DNA of 64,000 bases from positions 569,985-633,984 of the forward strand of contig MU057887.1 in assembly GCA_013265495.1 (NCBI GenBank), read 5' to 3'. The stretch comes from Vicugna vicugna (lineage: Eukaryota). The notes below the pieces were generated by a model. The model was not told where the DNA came from. It saw only the letters and a program-made list of their open reading frames with translations, and searched no databases. Each line of letters starts with the position of its first letter. The first letter of the stretch is position 1. Below are positions 26,171-38,450 of this stretch, piece by piece. Made by a program: the position numbers and the translations under genes.

Positions 26171-26563
26171 TGTTTGAGTTCCCCCAGGGAAGCAAACTGT
26201 GATTCAGAGATAAGTGTGTTTATTAGGGAGGGGGATTTATTAGGGAGTGCAGGAGGGGAGGAAGCAGGACTGGGCAGCAGGAGAAGTTGGGCTGGGACTC
26301 AGGCCAGAGGCCCCAGCCAACGTCCCATGGAGCTCCAGCGATGGGTGAGCCTTCAGAATTGTCTCAAATAAGGCCTATATACCCCATGTTGATCGGTCAT
26401 TGGATGAGGCTGCCCAGGAAGGACGTATAACCTTGAATGGGAGGTTTTCATCAGCTGAGAAAATCACCAAAGAAGCCCAGACCTGAGGCACCTCCCAGCA
26501 GCCAGGCAACCAGTCCTTGACTCCTGAAGAGGAGTCTGGACCACACATCACAGTGTCCTCTAC
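26171..26563 (-). mobile_element. ERVL LTR16-like solo LTR inserted within an L2
   Basis: 'gaagcaggactgggcag...agaagtt', 'ccttcagaattgtc', 'gtcattggatg..gctgccc'; antisense L2 sequence on both sides. Confidence 0.65.
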
Positions 26564-26590
26564 CCCAGGGAAGACTTCATCAAGAAGACA

Positions 26591-27135
26591 TTATTTTATT
26601 TTATTTTATTTTTTAGATTCCACATATAAGTGATATCATATGGTATTTTTCTTTCTCTTCCTGGCTTACTTCACTTAGAATGACGATCTCCAGGTGCATC
26701 CATGTTGCTGCAAATTTTATTCTTTTTTTATCGCTGAGTAGTATTCCATTGTAATATACCACATCTTTATCCAGTCATCAGTCGATGGACATTTAACAAA
26801 AAGAAAAAAGAAAAAAGAAGACACTGATGAACTCATCTACAAAACAGAAACAGAATCACAGACATAGTAAACAATCTTATGGTTACTGAAGAAAAGGGGG
26901 TGGGAAGGGATAAATTTGGGAGTTTAAGATTTGCAAATGGTAACCATTATATGCAAAAAGAGATAAAAACCAAATTTCTTCTGTATAGCATAGGGAGCTA
27001 TATTCAATTTTTTGTAATAACCTTTGATGAAAAAGAATATGAACACAAATATATGTATGTATACGTATGACTGAACTATTGTGCTGTACACCAGAAACTG
27101 ATACATTGTAACTGACTATACTTAAAAAAAAAAAA
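26591..27135. mobile_element. Young L1 3' end with 5' inversion (twin priming)
   Basis: Antisense piece 26591-26794 plus sense piece 26795-27135 with poly(A). TSD aagaagaca at 26582-26590 and 27134-27142. Confidence 0.85.
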
Positions 27136-27149
27136 GAAGACAACATTGA

Positions 27150-27660
27150 GATAAGAAATGAAGGCATAAGGACTGAAACCTCTCCAGGAAGAGGGAGTAG
27201 CCAGTGCACAGGTCCCGAGGAGGGACGATGCTTGGGTATTCCAGGGGGTACGTGTGACTGGAGCAGAGTTGGGGCAGGGGGAGAGGGGGAGGCAGCTGGA
27301 TTGGCAGTGATCATCCAGGCCTTTTCAAGGACCACAACGTCTACTTGGAATCAGACTGGAGCCTCTGGAGGGCTTTGAGCAAGGAACGGTTTGACTTGCA
27401 CATTGAATGACTTCTCTGGCTGCTGTGGTGAGACTAGGGTTGGGGCAGAGGAGTAGAATAAAGCCTGGAGACCCAGGGGGAGCCCGCAGTAATGATCCAA
27501 GAAAGAGATGATGGTCACTCGGATCCAGATGGAGCAGCAGAGGTGAAGAGTAGTGACCTGCTTCTGGATGAGCTTAGAGATGGAGCAAGCAGACGCGATG
27601 GCCGATTGGATGTGGCGTGGGAAGAAGGGTCAAGTGTGATGCCAAGGTTTGAGGATTGAG
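27150..27660 (-). mobile_element. LINE-2 fragment
   Basis: 'ggagggctttgagcaagg...ctctggctgctgtg...atgatccaagaaagagatgatgg'. Confidence 0.7.
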
Positions 27661-29039
27661 CAACTGTTTGAAAGGAGTTATTGTCACAAAAATCGGTGTC
27701 TTCTTCCAAAAGGATGCTGGGCTGAGCCCACCAGGCAGGGCCTGCACTGGGCATTAAAAAGTCAGTTCTCCTCCAGACCCTCTGCTCCATGTGGGAGACT
27801 GGGCGACAGACGATTTAACCAATTAGGTGGGGAGGCTGTGTGCACAGGGGGACCCCCACACAGCTGAGGAGCAGAGACAGACCCCACCACCCAGCTGAGG
27901 CTCCCTTTCCTCTAGGACACACACTTCAGAAGGGGCATTGACAAATTAATGCTTTAAACAGCGAGACCTGGCGACAGACCTAATAATGATCTTAATTTTG
28001 AAGTAGCCATGACAGTTAGCTGATGGCAGGTCACAGGTGCTGCTAATATCCCTCCAGAAGCGCTGTGCCTTCGTGGTGGAAGGAAATGCTATGTTTCAGT
28101 TCTAGGTTGTTTGAGATAAAGAGGTAACTTTCCCCATCCTCTTATGGACACCCCCTCGTCCTTTCCAAGGATCCCTCAGGAATCTGTGGACTCAGATGAA
28201 GAACCCTTGTGTTGCACCCATTTTGTTGATGAGATGAACAAACAGAGGCTCAGAGAGGTGAAGAGATTTGCTCAAAACCAGGCAGTGCTGAGTCAGGACA
28301 GGCTTCTGGGCTGCGTGGCCCCAAAGCCCATTTTGGGCTCTGGCTTCCCTCTATAAATTGGAGATAAACCTGCTTACCCAGCTGGGCTGATGGGAGGACC
28401 ACCGTTCCTGGATCCCGTGACCACCACGACGAGGTGGAGGGCTGACAGTGAGAATGGGTTCTGGGCGCTCTCGCTGCAGCTGGCAGCAAACTGGATGATT
28501 TGAGGCTGTTTTCAGGGAGCCCAGACCACCTCTCCTCGGCAAGCCACAAGCTGGGCCAGGTGGGTGGGAGGCGGCTGGCTGGAGGAACCACAGGGAGGAA
28601 GAGAGGCTTCCCTGGCCTTGACTCAGACCTGCTAAGCAAGCAAGCCTCTGGAGAGGGACAGGATTTGGATCAGTCTCGTGATTCCATCCACATGGCCATG
28701 TACACAGGATGAACAGCGTGGGAGATGGTGCCGGGATCCAGACTTCCTTCGAGTGGAATTTGCTGCACGTGGTCCAGTCTCTTCCTCTTGAGTCATGCCT
28801 GGCACGGTCACAACCGCACCGAGGCCCCAGAGAGTCCTGGACGTTCTCGGGGCTGAGGCTGTCCCCTCTCAGCATGGGGGTCCCGGGGGACCTGAGGGAG
28901 ACATGCTGTCTGACGCAGCCTGTGTAGTTCCCGGGCGATGATGGGGGTCTGGGGCTGAGAGGGAGGGGCAGTCCTGTGGCCCGTGGGTAGACAAAGCAGC
29001 CCGCTGGCGTCCTGGGACCCAGCCTTGGCCTCCGTTGCC

Positions 29040-29420
29040 TCTGTGAGGCTCAGATCCCCCAGCTGTAAAATGGGATCATAATATCAAACTCTCTCCAGGG
29101 TTACCAAGAGGAGTAAGTAGATGAATGCATGTGATGGGCCATCCCATCGGACCCTGCCTCACCATTGGCACCCAGAAGCCCTGGGAACAGTGGGTAATAG
29201 GTCCAGGGGTCACATTCTTTCAGCTCAAATACCAGTTCTGCCTATCCCTAGCTGTGGGCCCTTGGAAAAATGACCTAGGTTGCCCAGGCCAAGTTACCAC
29301 ATCTGTAAAATGGGGATAATAAGTATATCATTGTCCCAGAATTGTCATGAGAATCAAACAAGATAATCTGTTAAGGTGCTTTGTACATCAGACGTACTTG
29401 GTAAATGTTAGCTATGACTA
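29040..29420 (+). mobile_element. Two MIR fragments
   Basis: 'ctgtaaaatgggatcataat' and 'catctgtaaaatggggataataag'. Confidence 0.7.
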
Positions 29421-30309
29421 TGCAAAAAGCACGCTGTGGGGACATCCAGGACTCATGAATGGGGAGCGCTATACCGGTTACCGGTATTTGAAAGGACCCC
29501 AAACCACTAACACAGAATTTGACACAGGGAAGGTAAAGTTCTCCATCAAAATTCAAAACACGAGTTCTGTATACAAATTTTTTCCATTTTTGACTTACAG
29601 AAGCAATCTTTTCCAGTAATTTAAGCCTTCAGAACATTTGGAAGGAAATATCCAATGAGAAAACCTAGCATGTCCTGACTTTCAGTATTCAGCTGTTTCT
29701 TTTTTCAGTCAACAAGCCCTTAGTGAGCACTGCCTGCATGCCTGGCTGTGTGTCAGGTCTGGGGATGCCCAGGAGGAAATGCCCACGCCTTTGTCCCTAA
29801 GGGAATCACCATCAAAGACCCTAGGACCTTCCTGATTGAAAGTTCAGATCAACAGCCTGAAATTTACGAAATGGCTGGCGTTCCTCCACCCAGAAACACA
29901 CTGCAAAATGGCTATTCTAGAGCAATTCTCCAACAATCATTTCTTGGAATCGTAAAAGTCAGAGAGTTGCTGCAATACTTTAGATTATCTTGTTTTCTTT
30001 ATCCATCCAAGCCAAGATTTTAATGCTACATCTGTGTGAGTATCTTTTGATAATAAGAACCAAATGTTGTCGGTGGAAATGACTGGAAATTACACTTAGG
30101 ATCAGAATGTGGGGTTTTAGGTTCCCTCTTGGAAGACAGTGCTGAGAAACAAACACACAGGACGTTTTCCCTATAAATCACCTCGGGATGTTGCAACACT
30201 CGGGTCTCCTGCCTGCCCCCTGGTCCAGGCATCAGGAAGACGGCTGACGTGTCCTGGGTGAAGCTGTCACCAGTGGATAATAAATGTCCCACAGCCCAAA
30301 TTACACCCC

Positions 30310-30740
30310 CAGCCCCCACTTCTCCTCTGAGCTCCTTCTTTTTCTGCCACTAAGAATCTTCACCTGGACGTCCGCAGGCATCTCAGACTCAACATGTCCA
30401 AATGAACGTCATCATTTTCTCCAAACCTGCTCTGCTATCCACAGATTCCACGTTGATGAAAGGCACCACCTCGTCCTGGCGGGAAGTCTGGGGCTCGCTC
30501 CCCATCTCCCCCGTCACTGCTCAGGCTGTCCCACGTCAGTCAAGTGCTGGGCCTCTTCCTTCTGATTCGGTCCCTTCTGCCCGGGCACCCTGGCCCCTGT
30601 CCTGGCTTGGGGTCCCCCTCCGAACTGTGGACCACGGCAGCAGCCTCCTCTTGCCCACCTCTGATAGCCCACTCTCTACCCCTCCAGCCAGAGTGATCTT
30701 TGGAAAAATCCACATAGATCCCACCAGGACATAGCCCTTT
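30310..30740 (+). mobile_element. LINE-2 fragment
   Basis: 'caggcatctcagactcaacatgtccaaa', 'cagccagagtgatctt'. Confidence 0.7.
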
Positions 30741-32688
30741 TTGTGAGCTGAGCTGGAACTCAAATCCATCACTTTCTCCTCTTGAACTCCACCTTCTGAG
30801 AAAAGTGTAAATGACCACAATATAAACTCACACCGAGGATTTAGTACGAGAGGCCCTTCCAGGACACGCTGGGGGAGGCTGTGCCCCTTCTTCCATCCAC
30901 CAGGTCCTGGATGATGAACTGATTGTCTGATGGCAGGATTCTGGCACCTGTTCTGGGCAGGGCCCAGGCCCTGGAGATGACCCAGATGCAGTCCCAGCCA
31001 GGTGGGGCTCGGAAGATGGGTACTTAGTAATGACTGAACGGAAGGCTTCCAGAAGGAGGGGCCGAAGAGGGGAAAGGCCAGCTTGAGAAAACCTTGAGCC
31101 TTGAAAAGTCCAAAAGGAGGGACCGATGCCGGTGGTCTGGGGCTGCTGAGCGAGCATCAGCTGGACAGAGGGTGGGCAGTGCTGGGTGCTGGGCTGATAA
31201 GGCAGGCCGCCAGCTCTCCCGCACCCCCGTTTCCAGTTCTCAGCAACCTTTCGCTAGGGCTTTGAGCTTGGGAACCATGATGGGGGCAGAGGAAACCCTG
31301 GGCCCCGCCACCCTCGCCTGGCCTGGCTGGGCCGGGGCCAGTGTCTTCTCAGTGCTGGGAGGCCTGCCTGTGGCAGCCTAGGGGGCTCTGACGAGTATCA
31401 GACTGTATGCGTTTGCTTCGATTTGCTTTGTTCTTAGAAGGCAGCCAGGAAATAACTATTTGCTGTGTGGATGCATATCCCCACTCCCCTAAATCAGCTC
31501 CCCTACCAGTCTACCCCAAGACACCCAAAGGGCAAAGCTAGCAACCTCCGTGTGGTTTTCTCCATGTGGTGCTCTCTCAAGCAGAATCGTAGGAAGAGCT
31601 AAAGCTTGCTGCGTCCCTGCTCTAACCTAAGCACTTTACTTGGATGGTTTCGTCATCCTGACAACAGCCTGTGGGCTACACGCTATGATTACACCCGTTT
31701 GTGGGTGAGAAATAGTGGCCCGAGGTCACATAGTCGGTCAAGGGTGGGGCCGGGATTTGAACCCATTGGTCTCACTGCAGAACACACACGGTGAAGTTTA
31801 CGCGGTGCTGCGGTCACCGGCTCTACCACAGCGCTGCCTGCGGCAAGTTCTCTGTCCTGCCCTCTCCCTGCCGGGTGGAGGCCGGAGCCGCTGCCCCCGC
31901 TGGGTGCACAGACCAGGGGAACCCTCGTACAGAGCCCAGAACAAGGTCGGGATGGCGCTGGCACTCACAGATGTTTGCTGAAAGAGCTCCCGGATGTGTT
32001 ATTTCACCAGATGCCAAACAGCCTCCATCACCTGGCAGCTCCCACCCATCCAAACCCTGCCCCATCCCCACGTGGCACCTCTTTCAGATTCGGATTCCGT
32101 GCTAAAGGCCCCTGGGCAGCTGTAAACTGACATCCGGAAGGGGAAGGCCTCCCTGCTCACTCATTTAATATAAATGGACCCACCGCCCTCTCCAAACGGC
32201 TGGCTGCTCCCTACCAGCGGTCAGCTCTGTGGTCAACAATTTGTTGGCCACCCACGAAACGCTCCAATGTTTCAGCAAGTTCACGATAAATGCTGTGTGG
32301 TTTTCCTTCGGGAAGGCAGGCGCAGGCTCCGGGCACAGGCGGGTCACAGGACTGACAGCGGGGTGGCCCCCAACGCAGAGGAGGCTGTCCTCGGGCGCCC
32401 ACTTCCAGCCACCCCGAGCAGAGTCGTGGCCTCCTCCTCGGAGCCCGTAATTGGTTCTGCATGGTCTTGTTACGGCTTATGTCGAAATCACAGCGAAAGA
32501 ATTCGGTGGGGAAGGCTGCTGTTGGAGACCACATGGCGACTCCCCGCAGAGGGACGCCTCCACTAACCTGTTCCCAATTAGGGGCTTGGGGGGCTCAGGG
32601 CCTCCCGTTGTTTTTGAACCTCTTTGACCAAATTCTGCCTCCCGAGGGCCCTTTGTGGAACATGTTCAGCTTTTTAAAATGCAGACTC

Positions 32689-32730
32689 AAAAAAAAAAAA
32701 AAAAGAAAAAAAAAAAAAAAAAAAAAAAAG

Positions 32731-32761
<31 letters not shown>

Positions 32762-32762
32762 A
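32689..32762 (+). repeat. 74-nt poly(A)/(AAAAG)n tract
   Basis: Direct inspection. Confidence 0.95.
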
Positions 32763-34820
32763 GTCCCGTGGAGGGAGGTGAGAAAGGGGAGAAAGAACAA
32801 GACCTTGCAGTCTGGCTGCTGTACTGGATCTTATGGGAAGGGTTGGAAAACTGTTCAGCTTTGTCCCCCGCCCTGGATGGAGCCCAGCACTCAGGTTTAT
32901 GGGCCGACGCGCCCTCGGCTGGACGCTCCCAGACGTTCCTGGCCACCTTGATTCAAGAAAGAGCTAGATGGAAAATTGGGGAGAAGCAGAATTTTCTTCC
33001 ATGGCTTGGGCACCATTTTTGCCATCTACAAAAATACCCTTGGCTATATTTAGGCCACGCTATTAACAGGACTTTCGGACTCTCTCTTTTCCCTCAAAAA
33101 TGTTTCTCAGCTTGTTTTTGTCATTTAATATTTTTCCCCACCACCTGGGGAAACCATCAAGCAACAAGCACATTCCTGAACCAGCTTTTCCTGCTGCTGG
33201 CTAATTAAAACAAACCTCTGGCCAGAAGAGAGCCTTCTAACGTATTTTAGGAGCCGGTGGAAAGTATTTGCGCATGTTTCCCCTCCTTGGACGGACAACG
33301 CGTTGCCGGTAATTCCGAGGTGTCCGCTCTGGGCCAAGCACCGTGCTAGCTGCCATCTGCCCGTGTGTTCGTGTCGGCCTCCCGTCTACTGTGTGATGTG
33401 GGAGCTGTTATCACACTGTGTTCTAGATGGGAAAGCCGAGCCCTCGGGGGTCAAGCCGCAGCCACGGGGCCTTGGGGACACTGAGATCTGAAGCCAGCTT
33501 TATTTGACGCTCAGGTCTGTGTTGAACATGACACTCAGGTTAGAGCCAGAGGAGACATACACTGGGGACGCTCACTTCTGAAGTTCCGTGGGTTTTATTT
33601 TAATGTGGAACTCCACGGGCCTCTAATTGCCCCTGGAAGCGTGTTCCCTAGAAGGGGCCTTGACTGGGGGCTCGAGGGGGCAGACCTCCCTCCTAATTCG
33701 CCCCCACCCCCAACATCACTCTGAGACATCTACTTTGCTTCCAGCCCTCACCCCAAATGGAAGGGACAACGAACCCCCCTTCACTGCTCCCAGGGGCTCC
33801 AGGGCACGAGCACAAATTAGGAAAAACCCTCAGCCCCTGCTCCCAGCGCAGGGCTTGGCAAATTAGAAAAGGGTACCCACTCTCCGGATGAGTGTAGTCC
33901 TTTGCCCAGCACACAGCTTGGCCAGCTTGCAGCGGGTGGCCTCCGGGCCACCACTCACCCCTTGGTCTGGCGTCCATGTGCAGTAGGCCCTGACTTCCCT
34001 CAGCAAGGAGGCCGTCAATCACAAGTGCACAGGCCACGTGTTCCCGAGCCGGGCATCCAGTTTCAGGGCCTGACAGACGTCTGCTCTGGCCACCCCCTGC
34101 CCTGTTTCAGTTGTACCCCAACCCCCAGTCCAGACCGCTGGACCTTTGCACTAGCTGTCTGTCCCACCTGGTCAGCCTGGCAAACATCTTCCCATACGGA
34201 CTTGAGCATCAGTGGTTTGAGTCTCTTTTCAAGAACAGCCCCCTCCTTCCTTCCTCTGGGTCCTGCTCCTCCCACCATGTACATCTGTCATGGACATCTT
34301 GCAGCTTCTCTGTGTTCACCGTCCACCTCCTGCAGTCGAGGGAGGGTCCTAGGAGACAGGTGCCAGCTGTGGTGGGCAGGGGCTGGCAGCTAGTGCTAGG
34401 CAAGGGTCCCTGTCCCTCTCTTCCCCGCCCGCCCCCCACCAGCCATTCGAGGTTAGGCTCCTATTGGTGATTCAAACCATGTACCTAATATTCGTTGTAA
34501 ACAACATCTTTCTAGATCTGATGGTTGCAAGAGTCTAGCCTGTCTCTTCTCATACTTGTTTGGTGCCCTGGGTATGTGTGGAATGATCCTGTGGAGGGCT
34601 GGGCAGAGCAGCCAAACACCTGTGGGTGTTCTGTCTATTTCAGTGAACCCCGAGCCCACGTTCTCTGCAAAGCACCCAGGAAAGGCCTGGTGGGGGATGC
34701 TTGGTGAGCCGGGGCCTCCGTCTCCCACTTCCCCCAGGAGACATGTTGGGGTTAGTGGTGGCAGCATTCTGTGAGTCCAGGGTGGGGCTTTCTGAGCTGA
34801 GAGGAGCCACCAGTAGGGAC

Positions 34821-34918
34821 TTCTGACATTCCTAAACACCTCGCTCTGAAACAACAGCATGATTGCCTTTTCTGACATTCCTAAACACCTCGCTCTGAAA
34901 TAACAGCATGATTGCCTT
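34821..34918. repeat. 49-bp tandem duplication (2 copies, 1 mismatch)
   Basis: ttctgacattcctaaacacctcgctctgaaa(c/t)aacagcatgattgcctt twice. Confidence 0.95.
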
Positions 34919-35365
34919 CGGTGGCTGCAAACCGTGTGAACTGGTCTAATGCCCAAGAGCCTGGTGCCATCTCGGAATACGCAGCGGCGGGCATCTCGGC
35001 ACGTGGTCCACAGGTTACGTGCACCGTCCGGGTGGCGCCCAGGAAGTGCTGCCCCGTCTGTGCATGTGTGGTTGTGCCCCTTAGGCTGCAGATCCTGACA
35101 AACGCTGAGCTTGGTGGTTTGGCCTGGTTTGTGGTCGGTCAGCCCGGGGTGGGGGTGGGGCTGAAGAGATGGAAAGAAGTCAGTGGATTTCAGCTCTCTA
35201 GGAGCCCAGTTGCCCGGATGTAGCTCTGGACAACTGTGGGGGACAAGAGAGGGAGGAGGCAGAAGGAGTCTTGTGCTTCTGTCTGGCTTGGGCTGTTGGC
35301 TCGGTGGTGGTGTCTTTCACAGAAGAAGGAGACACGGGAGGCTGGCAGGCGGGGGTGAAAGCAGG

Positions 35366-35748
35366 CGTATCAGCCTGCTGGGCCGGCGTCACACCGTGTC
35401 CCGGAGCAGGGGCTTACGCAGCAGACAGCTCACTGTCTCACTGTCTGGAGGCTGGAAGTCCAAGATCAAGGTGTCAGCAGGGCTGGTTCCTCCTGAGGCC
35501 TCTCTCGTTGGCCTGTAGCTGGGCACCTCCTCCCGTGTCCTCACATGCTCATCCCTCTGTGTCTGTGTCTGTGTCCTACTCTTCTTACAAGAGCACCAGT
35601 CATACTGGGTTAGGGTCCACTCTAGTGATCCCATTTACCTTCATCACCTCTTTAAAGACCCCATCTCCGAGGGTGGTCACATTCTGAGATACTGAGGATT
35701 AGGACTTCAAAAGATGAATTTTGGGAAGGTACAATTCAGCCCACAGCA
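35366..35748 (-). mobile_element. MLT1A-type MaLR solo LTR
   Basis: 'ctggaggctggaagtccaagatcaaggtgtcagcagggctggttcctcctgaggcctctctc'; flanks gcagg / gcatg resemble a 5-bp TSD. Confidence 0.85.
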
Positions 35749-35760
35749 GCATGCACGTAG

Positions 35761-35886
35761 TTTATTTATTTATTTAGTTATTTTGTTTTAGGGGGGAGGT
35801 AATTAGGTTTATTTGTTTACTTTAATAGAGGTACTGGGCACTGAACGCAGGACTTTGTGCATGCTAAGCTTGCCTTCACCCCCCCC
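35761..35886 (-). mobile_element. tRNA-derived camelid-type SINE
   Basis: 'ggtaattaggtttattt...gaggtactgggcactgaacgcaggac...gcatgctaagc'; TSD gcatgcacgtagttt / gcatgcatgtagttt. Confidence 0.85.
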
Positions 35887-38296
35887 GCATGCATGTAGTT
35901 TTAAGCAGGTTGAGTTCTGAGAGCCATGCAGACACTCAAGAGGCCATGTTGGATGTGTCTGTCTGGGTTCAGCAGGAAGGGCTTGGCTGGGGCTGTGAAT
36001 GTGGGCGGGAGTGGGTGGCAAAGAAATGGCGATCAGGGCCACAGGAGGGGAGGAATCGGTCCAGGAGAGAGAGTGGAAGGAGAAGGGAAGAGAGCCAGGA
36101 CCAAGCATCCAGGAAGCCAGCCTGGGAAGGGCAGGTGAAGCTGTGGCCAGTGGGACAGGAGAAGATCCCGGGGAGGGCGGCGTCACAGAAAGGACCCCAA
36201 GGAAGGGACTGCTTCGAGGAAGAGAGAGTGGTCGCCGTGCTGACTGGCCTCCCAGTGCGAGAGGTGGCTTTTTCCTACCTGGTACTCATCCTGTTTCCTG
36301 GTTCCCACAACAGGGCGGACAGCTTCAGGCAGGGGCTTGGTTTTCCTTTGATCCAAGTCCCCACTCACCCCAGGGCCTGGTTCAGGAATAGAATAAAAAT
36401 GGAAATGTGGAAATATTCTAGTTTTCCCCAGGCAGGTGTGAATCTCTGTTTTCATGAAGTCAGTCTGCTTCTGGGACTTAAAGGTGGGTAAACGGGTCCC
36501 TCAATGGCAGGAGGCTCGTGTCCCCTGCAAGGCAGTCCCATGGCAGCAGATGACTGGGAGCTAAAATGAAACATCCAGATGTGCTGTTCCACTTGGAAGG
36601 GGGAGAAAACCCGGCTGTGCTCCGTGAGGCTTTGTCTGGCCTTTAAACCCTGATCGGTCAACGTGAGTGATGCTTTCCAGATGCTCCCGTCTCCCCCAGC
36701 CAGGAGTCAGGCCGTCCCGCTGGGCCCCCGCTGTGGGCCTCTCCATCAGTCTGGCCTCCAGCACAGCCAGACGGTCTTCCTCAGGCCCAGCGTCCACCCG
36801 CCTCGCTGTAGCTGTGTGGCTGTGGCCTCGCTTCCTGCTGCAGAGGGGCTGGGCAGATGGTCCCAAGCACACCTCCAGCTCTAACAATCAACAGTCATGT
36901 GCCCCCTGGCCTTGTGATTGCCTCAGACCCAAGATCAGGCATTCGACTCCACAGGCGAGCAGTAATGAGGCCTTTTATTTGAAAAGGGTTGCCTCGTAAC
37001 CTTCCAAGACACCACCCCACCTGTTTGTCCCAAGCTGCCCGCCCAGCCCCAGCTCCCTGGGCACTGCTGGTGCTGCTCCCCGTCCGGCTGCCCGGATGAC
37101 CCACTCCTGGTGACGTCAGCCCCACGCCGGCTCCCGCCTCTGAGCTGCTGTCCTGGAACGTGTCGCATGGACGTGAATCGATGAACAGGCTGCTTCTTTC
37201 AGAGTAACTATCTTTCTCGGATTCCAATCCTTGAACAAACTGGTGAGACACCTATGTCAGAATTTCCTTTAAACTTTTTATTCGGAATTAATGATAGATT
37301 CAAGGGAAGTTGCAAAAAAATAGCACAGAAAGAATTTTCTGCTTCTGGGAAGATGGAGCAGATGTAATTTCTCCCTATTCCTTCCACTAAGTACAACTAA
37401 AAACTCTGAATATTTTATATAAAACAAATATAAGAAGATTCAGGAAGGCGGAGAGAAGCAGGTGGGCTGACCAGGGACCTCAGGATCCAAGGAACTGCTC
37501 GGTGGTGAGCACTCCACGTTTTCCTTTGCCTCGTGTGTCTTAGACTTGGAGCTGAAGGGCCTGGCATCTGGAAACGCCAACAGGCAGAGAAAAGCAAAAG
37601 CCGACAAAAGCAGATCTCTCTGGCTGAAGACCCGGAGAGGGCAGCCCTGCGAGACGGAAAGCTGTCAGACGGTAACCGCCCTACTTTAGCTAAAGGCACG
37701 AGAAGACAGCGCGGCCCCGCCCACACCCACACCAGACGGTGATGAGGCGCCCCAACGTCCCCACTGGGCTGTGTCAAGGGAGGCTGGGTGGGGAGCCAGG
37801 ACTTTCATCCCTGCCAGCTGGTAATGAGGCCCCTCTCCTGTGGTGTCAGCAGAGACACATGGGGCGTCCAGACTTCTACCCCAGCCCGGCAGGCACAAGG
37901 CATCTCTCCCCTCCGAGGAGGCCTAGCAGAGAGTCAGGGCTTCGACCTTGGCCTGGTGGTAACAAGGTCACCTTTCTCCCCACCCCACGTCTCCAGGTGA
38001 GGAGAAGAAACAGAGCCTTCTACCCCTCCCAGCCAGGAAGCTCTCGGTGGAGGCTTAGCAGGGAGCCAGAGCTCCCACCCCTACCCGGTGGTAGTGACAC
38101 ATGTCCCCCAGGGCTGTCAGCGAGGCCAGTGGGAAACCAGGACTTCTATCCCCACCTGGCAGTAATGAGGCAGAGGCCCCGCCGCCCCTGCCAGAGCGGA
38201 GTGAGAAGCAGCCAGCTGAAATAGAAGGTTTAAATATGATCCAGAACCTCACATGTAACATGAGATTGTCCAGGTTTCAACTGAAAATCACTCATC

Positions 38297-38450
38297 GGGG
38301 GGAGGGGATAGCTCAGCGGTAGAGTGCCTGCTTAGCAGGCACGAGGTCCTGAGTTCAACCCTTAGCACCTCCATGAAATACACAAACAAACAAACAAACA
38401 AACAAATAAACCTAATTACCGCCCGCCCAAAAAGAAAAAAGAAAAGAAAA
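38297..38450 (+). mobile_element. tRNA-derived camelid-type SINE inserted in the L1
   Basis: 'ggggggaggggatagctcagcggtagagtgcctgcttagcaggcacgaggtcctgagttcaaccc', (CAAA)n tail; TSD gaaaatcactcatc / gaaaattactcagc. Confidence 0.9.

Noticed and set aside
32161..32518. 'FRCDFD' and Trp-rich frames suggested a MAM domain
   Set aside because: Other MAM motifs (C-x-W, DHT, L-x-SP, CL-x-F-x-Y) were not found in order.
38297..38372. tRNA-like sequences here and at 19550, 20780, 35830, 52250
   Set aside because: They have A-rich tails and TSDs and are diverged, so they are tRNA-derived SINEs rather than tRNA genes.
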